Of a stretch of 64,000 bases of DNA, positions 24,826 to 35,995 are shown in pieces (within the stretch, counting starts at the first letter, position 1; every line of letters starts with the position of its first letter). Source of the DNA: Glaciihabitans sp. (GTDB lineage: Bacteria; Actinomycetota; Actinomycetes; Actinomycetales; Microbacteriaceae). Under the pieces are notes generated by a model. The model saw nothing but the letters and a program-made list of their open reading frames with translations, was not told the origin of the DNA and made no database searches. The DNA is taken from assembly GCA_025465535.1 (NCBI GenBank), contig JAODMY010000096.1, positions 1,841 to 65,840 on the forward strand, in the 5' to 3' direction. The translations under genes were made by a program, and so were the position numbers.

Positions 24826-26261
24826 TAGCCACCCGATCCTGAAGAACTCGTGATTACCGCCGGGAACATCTGGCTGAGCCACGCCGACTGGGATTGGAGC
24901 GTACCCATTTGGCTCTCCATCGCGCTGTAGCTGGATTCGAGTGCGGTTTGCCGAGCGGCGAGTGTGGTCGTCCAAGCCGAAACCTGGGTGTTCAAGTCCG
25001 AAATGTCGCTGGTGAGGCTCGAAATTCGAGTGGTCAGGGTTCCCGTCACCGGATCGGATTGAGCCGTCGCCTGCGTCGCGACCGCGCTGGCGATCTGGGA
25101 CAACATCGTCATCGTGCCCTGGGGATCCGATGCGAGCGCGGCCTGGAAGGTGCTGGCATCGAAGGTGAGCGTGCCGTCCTGGTTGATGTCGAATCCGATG
25201 CTGGCGGGCGATTGACCGCTGCTTGGCTCCGCCAACGCATTGAACAGCTGATCCGCGGCGTCTCGAATGGATCCGTCGCCCGAAAACGGTCCGCCGCTGG
25301 TCGTGACGTTCCCAGAAGAGTCGGTGCTGGAGGTGACGGCGCTGCTCGTCGCGATCGACTGGAGCACCGTGTTGACTGAGCCGACGAGATAGGACGCGGC
25401 CGTCGAAATCGTCGCCGCGTCCTGCTTCAGCGTCAGGGTGACGGGGTTGGCCACCATCGCAGAAACCGTCACGGACACCCCCGGCAGCAAGTCGGAGAAC
25501 GTGTTGTTGCTCGAGGTGATCGTTTGGGCCGCGGCCGTGCCCGCCCACAGCGTGACCGACGCATCCGATGCGCTCTGGATCGATGCGGAGCCCGACTGGG
25601 TCAGGAGGTCGGTCGCCGTGCCGGCCGTAACTTCGCTTGGTGATCCCTGATAGATGGTGAAAGCACCTGCGGCACCGGTGGCAGAGGATGACAGTTGGAG
25701 CCGGTAAATTTGCGCCCCCGTTGTCGCATCCGTACCCGAGGCAACCGCAATCGCGGAAACGCCCGCTGATGACTTGTTGATGGCGTAGGCAATGTCGGCA
25801 ATAGATCCCGACACGGGATCGATCTCGGTCTGCGTGCCGTCGCTTCCGACGATTGTGAACGTGGGCGTCGTCGTCGAGTCTTCCATCGGCGCGGTGACGT
25901 CGACCTGTGCCGCCGCGATCGAGTTGATGCCGAACGTGATCGATCCCTCGCTCGCGTCGGTCGTCGTTGTCGCCGTGACGCTCGGATCGGTACTCGCGGT
26001 GGTGAAGACGTTCCACGCGTTCGGCGCGGCATCCTCCGTGGCCTGTGTCGCCAGGGATGCGTAGGTGGCATTGAGCGTCTGCAGTGCGGTGAGCAGGGTG
26101 TTGTCGGTGCTGACCTGCGCCTGCAGCGCCTCCTGCGGAGCCGATTCCGCCTGAATTTCCGCGGCAACGAGCGCGGAGGTGTTGAGCCCGCTGATGATGC
26201 CGGAGATCGTCGGTGCCCCGGTGGAGTTTGTCCCCGTGGTGACTGAGCTGACCGTTGACAC
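24825..26261 (-). CDS. fliD: Flagellar filament cap protein FliD
   Basis: N-terminus ISGIISGLNTSALVAAEIQAESAPQEAL, C-terminus ALESSYSAMESQMGTLQSQSAWLSQM. The GTG at 26259-26261 has an AAAGGAG SD 8 nt upstream. The track GTG at 26270 sits immediately against the SD. Confidence 0.85.
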   Translation of the reverse strand: MSTVSSVTTGTNSTGAPTISGIISGLNTSALVAAEIQAESAPQEALQAQVSTDNTLLTALQTLNATYASLATQATEDAAPNAWNVFTTASTDPSVTATTTTDASEGSITFGINSIAAAQVDVTAPMEDSTTTPTFTIVGSDGTQTEIDPVSGSIADIAYAINKSSAGVSAIAVASGTDATTGAQIYRLQLSSSATGAAGAFTIYQGSPSEVTAGTATDLLTQSGSASIQSASDASVTLWAGTAAAQTITSSNNTFSDLLPGVSVTVSAMVANPVTLTLKQDAATISTAASYLVGSVNTVLQSIATSSAVTSSTDSSGNVTTSGGPFSGDGSIRDAADQLFNALAEPSSGQSPASIGFDINQDGTLTFDASTFQAALASDPQGTMTMLSQIASAVATQATAQSDPVTGTLTTRISSLTSDISDLNTQVSAWTTTLAARQTALESSYSAMESQMGTLQSQSAWLSQMFPAVITSSSGSGG

Positions 26262-26290
26262 GGCTCCCACTCCTTTGGATCGGTCGAGTG

Positions 26291-26341
26291 CAAAAGGATG
26301 CCCGGCGGCAGAGGGACGGTTCAGGCCTCCTCCGCCGCCGG
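26291..26341 (-). terminator. Stem-loop terminator or attenuator after fliC
   Basis: Minus-strand RNA: CCGGCGGCGGAGGAGG-cctgaaccgtc-CCTCTGCCGCCGG, followed by gcauccUUUU. It starts 14 nt after the fliC stop. Confidence 0.5.
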
Positions 26342-26355
26342 ACGTTCAGTGCGGA

Positions 26356-27186
26356 CTACTGCAGCAGCTTCAGGATGCCCTGCGGCAGCTGGTTCGCCTG
26401 CGCGAGGATCGCGGTCGCCGCCTGGGCCTGGACCTGCTCACCCGTGAAGGTAACCATTTCCTTTGCCATGTCGGTCGACGTGATCTGCGAGCTCGCAGCG
26501 TTGAGGTTCTGCGATGCGATGTTCACCGACGCGATGGCGTCCGTGAACCGGTTCTGCACCGCGCCGAGGGTCGCCTGCGCCGTTGACACCGTAGCGAGCT
26601 GGGTGTCAATGGTGGTGATGGCGGCCGTGGCACCCGTGTTCGTCGAGAAGTCGAGACCACCGAGAGCGGTCGCGACAGCGCCAACGTTGGCCGACGTGAG
26701 GTCGACGCTGATGGTGTTGTCCGCGCTGCCGTTGGCGCCAACCTGGAAGTTGAGCGCCGTTGCCGAACCGTCGAGCAGGTTAGTGCCGTTGTAGTTCGTC
26801 GCCGTGCTGACTCGCGTGAGCTCGTCCGTGATCTGCGTTGCTTCCGTCGCGATGTCGGTGCGAGACGCAGCGCTGTTCGAGTCGTTGGCGGCCTGGACTG
26901 CGAGGTCGCGCAGACGCTGAAGCATGCTCGTCACCTGGGTGAGCGCGCCGCTTGCGGTCTGTACGACGTCGAGCCCCGACTGGGCGTTGGTCGCGGCCAC
27001 GTTCAGGCCGTTGACCTGGGAGGTGAGTCCCGTTGCGATGGCGAGACCCGCGGCGTTATCCCCCGCGGTGGTGATCGCGTTGCCACTCGACAGCTTCGCG
27101 ATCGACGACGTCAGACTGTCCTGAACATTGGACAGGTTCTGATACGCGTTGAGCGCTGCGACGTTGTTGGTAATACTGAGTGCCAT
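26356..27186 (-). CDS. fliC: Flagellin
   Basis: The ATG at 27184-27186 with a GGAGGA SD gives 276 aa: MALSITNNVAALNAYQNLSNVQDSLTSSIAKLSSGNAITTAGDNAAGLAIA...LAQANQLPQGILKLLQ. Confidence 0.95.
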   Translation of the reverse strand: MALSITNNVAALNAYQNLSNVQDSLTSSIAKLSSGNAITTAGDNAAGLAIATGLTSQVNGLNVAATNAQSGLDVVQTASGALTQVTSMLQRLRDLAVQAANDSNSAASRTDIATEATQITDELTRVSTATNYNGTNLLDGSATALNFQVGANGSADNTISVDLTSANVGAVATALGGLDFSTNTGATAAITTIDTQLATVSTAQATLGAVQNRFTDAIASVNIASQNLNAASSQITSTDMAKEMVTFTGEQVQAQAATAILAQANQLPQGILKLLQ

Positions 27187-27190
27187 TGTG

Positions 27191-27233
27191 TTCCTCCATG
27201 ACTTGGCTGGTGCTCGTCGGCCCTTCCGTGGGC
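27191..27233 (-). promoter_or_regulatory. Putative CsrA binding sites in the fliC 5' leader
   Basis: The leader RNA contains the hairpin GCCC-ACGGAA-GGGC (27220-33, GGA in the loop). A second GGA lies inside the SD, caugGAGGAacaca-AUG (27191-97). The two GGA motifs are 30 nt apart. Confidence 0.45.
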
Positions 27234-27245
27234 TGACAGTGGTGA

Positions 27246-27273
27246 CATTCGGCATCGATTCGCTCGGCGTTAG
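27246..27273 (-). promoter_or_regulatory. Sigma-28/WhiG-type promoter candidate upstream of fliC
   Basis: The minus strand reads CAGCTAACGC-cgagcgaatcgat-GCCGAATG, i.e. CTAA, 16 nt, GCCGAATG, about 60 nt upstream of the fliC ATG. Confidence 0.6.
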
Positions 27274-27321
27274 CTGTTCGGCGAAAAACTTTCGATCACC
27301 CGAGCGCGAGCTCGTTCGCGC

Positions 27322-28140
27322 CTAGGAGGCGGCAGGTTCCCAGCGCCGATCGGCATCGTGCGCGCGCGCCAGATCGAGGCCCGCACTCTGCGCGAGGCGC
27401 GCGAGATAAGCACTGCGACGCGATTCCGCGACCCTCGACACCACGGCCGGTTTCTCGGCTGAGTCGTCCGCATAGTGGGTTTCCAGGCCGTCACGCAGGA
27501 GACGGATGCCCTCGGAGCGCTGTTGCGAGACTGCGGAGTGCGTGAGGCCGAGTTCTTCCGCGAGTTCCTTCACCGTGCGCTCGTTGAAGTAGATCTCGTG
27601 CACGATGTGGCGCATCTTCTCCGGAAGGGCGTCCACCGCCGCCCGCACCATGCCACCGCGTTCCTTGGTGAGGAGCGAATCCTCCGGGGTGGAGATCTCG
27701 GCGGCCAGAAGGTCTGACTCACTGTCATCGAGGCTGCTGATGGAACGCGTCGCGTCGGCCATGGCCTCAGCTGCGGTGTTGCGATCCACACCGAGGGCGG
27801 ACGCCATCTCATCCACCGAAGGGGTGCGGCCGAGACCGGCCGTCAAGGTCTCCTGCGAGAGAAGCACCTCGCGAATTCGATGGCGAATGGTGCGGGTCGC
27901 CCAATCAGCGGATCGCATCTCGTCGGCAAATGCACCAAGGATGCGCCGACGGGCATACGCACCGAACGGAACGCCGAGCGTGGGATCGAAAGAATCGGCA
28001 GCGGTGATCAGACCGACAGCGCCGGCCGATGCCAGGTCATCGCGCGAAAGGTGGGTAGCCCGTGCCCAGATTTCCGAGACGAGATAGCCCACCAACGGAA
28101 GGTTCTCGACAACTAACGCATTTCGCTCGGTGCGATTCAC
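27322..28140 (-). CDS. fliA: Flagellar sigma factor FliA/WhiG (sigma-28 family)
   Basis: 272 aa with a GTG start after an AAGGGAG SD. Region 2 reads LPLVGYLVSEI...DDLASAGAVGLITAADSFDPTLGVPFGAYARRRILGAFADEMR. Region 4 HTH reads TVKELAEELGLTHSAVSQQRSEGIRLLR. About 45 extra C-terminal residues follow. Confidence 0.9.
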   Translation of the reverse strand: MNRTERNALVVENLPLVGYLVSEIWARATHLSRDDLASAGAVGLITAADSFDPTLGVPFGAYARRRILGAFADEMRSADWATRTIRHRIREVLLSQETLTAGLGRTPSVDEMASALGVDRNTAAEAMADATRSISSLDDSESDLLAAEISTPEDSLLTKERGGMVRAAVDALPEKMRHIVHEIYFNERTVKELAEELGLTHSAVSQQRSEGIRLLRDGLETHYADDSAEKPAVVSRVAESRRSAYLARLAQSAGLDLARAHDADRRWEPAAS

Positions 28141-28429
28141 GGTATGACTCCCTTAAGGCTTCACGACACTAAAAAGCGGTGTTTCGTCGCGACTTCGGGC
28201 GTCGATACAAGAACTGCTGTGGGGCACGCCTCAGCCATCGTGAGGCGCGGGAATCAAGGGCGTGGTCATGCCTGACCGACTTAGGGGAGCTGCCTTGAAA
28301 CCCGTTCATATTGTGTTGCACGCGCTGGATGGTCGGAAACCCCCACTTCTGGTCTGGTGGATTGGTCAGTTCTACCCCCCTTGGGGTGCTAGGTTCCGCG
28401 AATTTTCTTCGGACTCGCCTGCCGTGTTC

Positions 28430-28457
28430 CTAACGCCCGCCAAACAGCGGACGACAG
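28430..28457 (+). promoter_or_regulatory. Sigma-28/WhiG-type promoter candidate upstream of flgN-flgK-flgL-fliW
   Basis: The plus strand reads TTCCTAACGC-ccgccaaacagcg-GACGACAG, i.e. CTAA, 16 nt, GACGACAG. It has the weakest -10 of the five sites. Confidence 0.4.
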
Positions 28458-28530
28458 TATGAAGTGAAGCGTGGGGGCTGGTACGCCAGAATGAACGTAA
28501 CGGGGGTCAATTACCGGTGAAGCACAGAAA

Positions 28531-29028
28531 GTGGGAGATATGGGCGCGCAAGAATTGTCCACTCTGCTCTGGCGCGAACGCGAACTGCTGGAGCTCCTGA
28601 TGTTCAAACTCGAAGAGGAACAACTTCTCCTCACCTCGGGTAAGAGCCGTTGGTTGCCCTTCGCGACCCGCGAGGTCGAGCAAGTGCTCGAACGCCTCCG
28701 CGAGAACGGGATCGAGCGAGCAATGGCCGTGACAGAGGTCGGAGAAGACTGGGGTGTCAATGATGACGACGCCACTCTCCGGATGATCATCGCCAAAGCG
28801 CCGTCGGAGGTCTGGCGCGACAACTTCACCGGGCACCTGAACGCTCTCACCGAACTCGCGGCTTCGATCAGCGAACTTCGCGATTCCAACGTTCAATATC
28901 TGCGGGCGGCGTCACGGGTGACCCAGGAAACACTCGCGAGCCTTTCCGCGGACACCGCGACATACAACTCTCGCGGCGCTACCGGCCTCGCCGCGCCGAG
29001 CGCTCACCTATTCGACGGGAAAATGTAG
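28531..29028 (+). CDS. flgN: FlgN-family flagellar chaperone
   Basis: 165 aa. ELSTLLWRERELLELLMFKLEEEQLLL is the FlgN-like helical N-terminus. It lies immediately upstream of flgK and flgL. An alternative ATG lies at 28540. Confidence 0.7.
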   Translation: MGDMGAQELSTLLWRERELLELLMFKLEEEQLLLTSGKSRWLPFATREVEQVLERLRENGIERAMAVTEVGEDWGVNDDDATLRMIIAKAPSEVWRDNFTGHLNALTELAASISELRDSNVQYLRAASRVTQETLASLSADTATYNSRGATGLAAPSAHLFDGKM

Positions 29029-29031
29029 AAC

Positions 29032-30441
29032 ATGACCAGCACTTTCAGCGGGCTGACGAACGCCTACAGCGGCCTGGTCGCCGCACGCCAGGGTCTCGCG
29101 GTGGTCGGTGAGAACATCACGAATGCGTCAACCCCCGGCTATTCGCGCGAGGTCGTCTCGACCTCGGCGAACTCGCCCGTAAGCGAATCGAAATTCACCA
29201 CGGGGACGCAGGTCGGAAATGGAGTCTCCATCAACGGTGTCACCCGCGTCGACAGCTCGCTGCTCGACGCACAGGTGAGGACCACGGCCGCGTCCAGCGG
29301 CTATGCGACTGAGCAGTCGACCGCGATGGATTCAATCGAAGCGGCCCTGAACGAGCCGGGCAACAACGGGTTATCGACAACCCTCCAGTCGTTCTGGAGT
29401 GCCTGGCAGAATGTCTCGACACAGTCGACATCCGCCGCGTCGGCCACCACTGTGATTGCCGCCGGACAGCAGGTCGCCTCGCAACTCGCCGATGGCTATA
29501 CCGCGACTTCCAACCAATGGGCGTCGACACGGTCGAACGTCGACAGCACGGTCACCTCGATCAATACGGCCGCGTCGCAGATCGCCGAGCTCAATGGTCA
29601 GATTCGTTCAACGCTGGCGGCTGGTGGCAATGCGGGTGCGCTGCAGGACCAGCAGAACACTCTCGCGGTCACGGTCGCCGGTCTGTCCGGCGCGACCGTC
29701 CGCTCAAACTCGGATGGCACCATGGATGTCCTCCTCGGCGGAAACGCCCTCGTATCCGGTACCACGGTTCACGCTATCGCGGCCAGCGGATCGGCGACCA
29801 TGGACGGCGCGGCGACTTCTCCGGTACAGCTCAATTTCGTCGACAACCCCAGCGCAACGGTCGCGATCTCGAGCGGCACCCTCGGCGCCGACCTCTCGCT
29901 GCTCGGCCCGAGTGGGGCACTCATGCAGGCCGCGCAGAGCTACAACGACGTTGCCACCTCCGTCGCGACCACGGTCAACGCCATCCACGAGACCGGGGCG
30001 AATTCCGCGGGCACAACGGGCCTCGACTTCTTCGCCCTGAGTGCTACGCAGCCGGCGGCGCTCGGCCTCAGCGTGATCCCGACGGATGCCAGTGGCATCG
30101 CTTCGGCGAAGCCGGGCGCCGGCGCAGCCAATGGCGACGTCGCAAACCAAATCTCACAGCTCACCTCCGCAACCGGCGGGCCGGATAGCAAGTGGGCGGC
30201 ATTCGTCGTCTCCGTCGGGGTCAGCGCACAGGCTGCGACGACGCAGGCGACCATCACGGCAACCGGCTCGGCGACCGCGGTCAATAACCAGCTGTCGGAA
30301 TCCTCCGTCGACACCGACCAGGAGACAACCAACATGCTGACCTTCCAAAACGCGTTCGACGCCGCGGCTCGGGTCATGACCACGGTGGACGACATGCTGA
30401 ACACCCTCATCAACAAGACAGGATTGGTCGGCATCAATTGA
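29032..30441 (+). CDS. flgK: Hook-associated protein 1, FlgK
   Basis: 469 aa. N-terminus FSGLTNAYSGLVAARQGLAVVGENITNASTPGYSRE, C-terminus DQETTNMLTFQNAFDAAARVMTTVDDMLNTLIN. Confidence 0.9.
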   Translation: MTSTFSGLTNAYSGLVAARQGLAVVGENITNASTPGYSREVVSTSANSPVSESKFTTGTQVGNGVSINGVTRVDSSLLDAQVRTTAASSGYATEQSTAMDSIEAALNEPGNNGLSTTLQSFWSAWQNVSTQSTSAASATTVIAAGQQVASQLADGYTATSNQWASTRSNVDSTVTSINTAASQIAELNGQIRSTLAAGGNAGALQDQQNTLAVTVAGLSGATVRSNSDGTMDVLLGGNALVSGTTVHAIAASGSATMDGAATSPVQLNFVDNPSATVAISSGTLGADLSLLGPSGALMQAAQSYNDVATSVATTVNAIHETGANSAGTTGLDFFALSATQPAALGLSVIPTDASGIASAKPGAGAANGDVANQISQLTSATGGPDSKWAAFVVSVGVSAQAATTQATITATGSATAVNNQLSESSVDTDQETTNMLTFQNAFDAAARVMTTVDDMLNTLINKTGLVGIN

Positions 30442-31319
30442 TCTCCCGCATAACAGACCAGATGCTCCTGAACAACTCGCAAGCGGACCTGCAGATACAG
30501 CTGAGTCAGCTTTCCGTGCTCCAAAACCAGTCTTCGAGCGGGCAGGCGATCAGCAAACCCTCCGACAACCCGAGCGGAATGGCGTTGTCCCTCGCTCTGC
30601 AATCGCAGCAGTCGGCCAATACCCAGTACGCCGCGAACGCCACCGACGGCCAGAACTGGCTCACGAGCGTCGACGGTGCGCTCACGTCTGCAACAACGGC
30701 TCTGCAGCAGGTTCGGAATCTGACTCTTTCCGCCGCCAACGCCACCCAGTCAACTACCTCCCAAAACGCCATCGTCTCGCAGCTGGAGAGCCTCAAGGGT
30801 GAACTGATGTCCGCGGCGAACACTACCTACCTCGGGCGCCCCGTGTTCGCGGGAAACTCGGATTCCGGTGCGGCGTTCAACTCTGATTACAGCTACAACG
30901 GCACCCCGGGACAGACGGTGACCCGCACGATCAGCCCCGACACCACCGTTTCGGTGAGCGGGGATGGCGCAGCGACGTTCGGCACGGGGTCCAACTCCGT
31001 CTTCGCGCTGATCGATAACATCGTCGGCGATATTCAGTCCGGATCCGACGTGACCGGCCAGGTCGCGAACATCGACAGTGCACTGTCCGCTGTCTCGAGC
31101 CAGACGGCGCTGGTCGGGGCCAACTACAACGTGGTGCAAGCAGGCCAGGCGGTGTTGACGACGCAGGCATCCACGCTCACGACCCAGCGCTCCGATGTCG
31201 ACAGCGTCGACATCACGAAGACCGTTATCGCGTTGCAATCGCAGCAGGTCGCCTACCAGGCCGCACTCGACGTCACGTCAAAGGCGCTGCAGCCGACGCT
31301 GATTTCGCTGCTGTCGTGA
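30438..31319 (+). CDS. flgL: Hook-associated protein 3, FlgL
   Basis: 293 aa with flagellin-like N and C termini: ISRITDQMLLNNSQADLQIQLSQLSVLQNQSSSGQAISKPSDNP, ...QSQQVAYQAALDVTSKALQPTLISLL. Confidence 0.85.
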   Translation: MISRITDQMLLNNSQADLQIQLSQLSVLQNQSSSGQAISKPSDNPSGMALSLALQSQQSANTQYAANATDGQNWLTSVDGALTSATTALQQVRNLTLSAANATQSTTSQNAIVSQLESLKGELMSAANTTYLGRPVFAGNSDSGAAFNSDYSYNGTPGQTVTRTISPDTTVSVSGDGAATFGTGSNSVFALIDNIVGDIQSGSDVTGQVANIDSALSAVSSQTALVGANYNVVQAGQAVLTTQASTLTTQRSDVDSVDITKTVIALQSQQVAYQAALDVTSKALQPTLISLLS

Positions 31320-31699
31320 ACATTGCGCTGGCGTTCGTCGAGTCGCCCCCCGGCCTTGGCCCGCTCGTCGATTTCACGCTCACCGAGGTCGACGGCGCTC
31401 CGGGATTGCACGTCCTTCGCTCGTTGGAGCAGCCGGACATCCGCCTCTTCGTCGTCGACGTCCCGGTGTACCTGCCATGGTACGAACCCGTTTTCAGTCG
31501 AGAGCACTATGCGGCAATCGGTGCCGAGGAGTCAGCGTCGGCCGAAGTCCTCGTCGTCGCAACCATCACCGAAGGGTCACCGGTTGTGAACCTGATGGCA
31601 CCGATGCTGGTCAATCGCGAAAACGGCGCGGCCAAGCAGATTATCCTCGGCGACGAGTGGCCGCTCCAGGCCCGGTTGAACTCCGCGGGCGCTGCCTGA
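31316..31699 (+). CDS. fliW: Flagellar assembly factor FliW (CsrA antagonist)
   Basis: 127 aa. GLGPLVDFTL...LRSLEQPDIRLFVVDV...VVNLMAPMLVNRENGAAKQIIL follows the FliW pattern. It follows flgL, as in Bacillus. Confidence 0.8.
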   Translation: MNIALAFVESPPGLGPLVDFTLTEVDGAPGLHVLRSLEQPDIRLFVVDVPVYLPWYEPVFSREHYAAIGAEESASAEVLVVATITEGSPVVNLMAPMLVNRENGAAKQIILGDEWPLQARLNSAGAA

Positions 31700-31972
31700 A
31701 CGTCAGGGCGGAAGCACCTGCCACGGTCGCGTGACCGCGGTCACCTCACCACCTGGCGTCGTGTCCGAAAACGAAGGAGTTCCGCGCCGCATTCACTCCC
31801 AACACGACGTTCGCGACCGTTCCGATCGCAATCTCCTTCGTTTTGAGCAACGGGAGCGGCAACCCGGCCGTGGACACCACGAGTGACCGCTGTCTCGCGC
31901 GGATCACGGATCTTGCCGCGCCACAACTACGCAATAGGGGGGGCGAGCGACGACGAGGCGCGGGAGACGACG

Positions 31973-32002
31973 AAAGGCCCGCCACCGAAGTGACGGGCCT
32001 TT
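31973..32002 (-). terminator. Stem-loop terminator after rpoC
   Basis: Minus-strand RNA: AAAGGCCCGUCAC-UUCG-GUGGCGGGCCUUU, a 13-bp stem including one G-U with a UUCG loop, 47 nt after the rpoC stop. A smaller GGCCG-UUCG-CGGCC hairpin lies at 32021-34. Confidence 0.55.
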
Positions 32003-32048
32003 CGCGATCTCGATTCGGCCGCGAACGGCCTACTCGATCAACAACTGG

Positions 32049-35930
<3,882 letters not shown>

Positions 35931-35995
35931 TGTGTTTTCTTCTCTCTTAGAAAGCGAAAGTAGGTATCTGGGGTGATCTAGGCGTTATTGACAGA

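Noticed and set aside
24406-26016. A 536-aa minus-strand ORF spanning fliS and most of fliD.
   Set aside because: Only the last 139 codons (fliS) make sense. The upstream part is an out-of-frame read through fliD with junk composition. The real fliD is the 24825-26261 frame.
28113-28119. An extra CTAACGC 7-mer on the plus strand inside the fliA coding sequence.
   Set aside because: The 8-mer 16 nt downstream (CGATTCAC) does not resemble nCCGAnAG, so the hit is coincidental. Likewise, ACCGATCC upstream of fliD, ACCGACAG in the rpoB leader (39556-63), ACCGATAG in the SprT gene and ACCGATAA at about 58402 all lack a CTAA at the correct spacing.
28262-28462. A 66-aa ORF in the fliA-flgN spacer, considered as a possible FlgM.
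   Set aside because: Its composition is Trp/Pro-rich, not the acidic or disordered FlgM type. It has no SD, it overlaps the flgN promoter candidate, and the frame looks non-coding.
31731-31744. A perfect 14-nt palindrome, GTGACCGCGGTCAC, 32 nt after fliW.
   Set aside because: It is too short and has too small a loop to be a convincing terminator, and it occurs once. It could be an operator, but nothing else supports this.
31746-31985. A 79-aa minus-strand ORF in the fliW-rpoC spacer.
   Set aside because: It has no SD and no motif, and it overlaps the rpoC terminator hairpin. It is likely non-coding.
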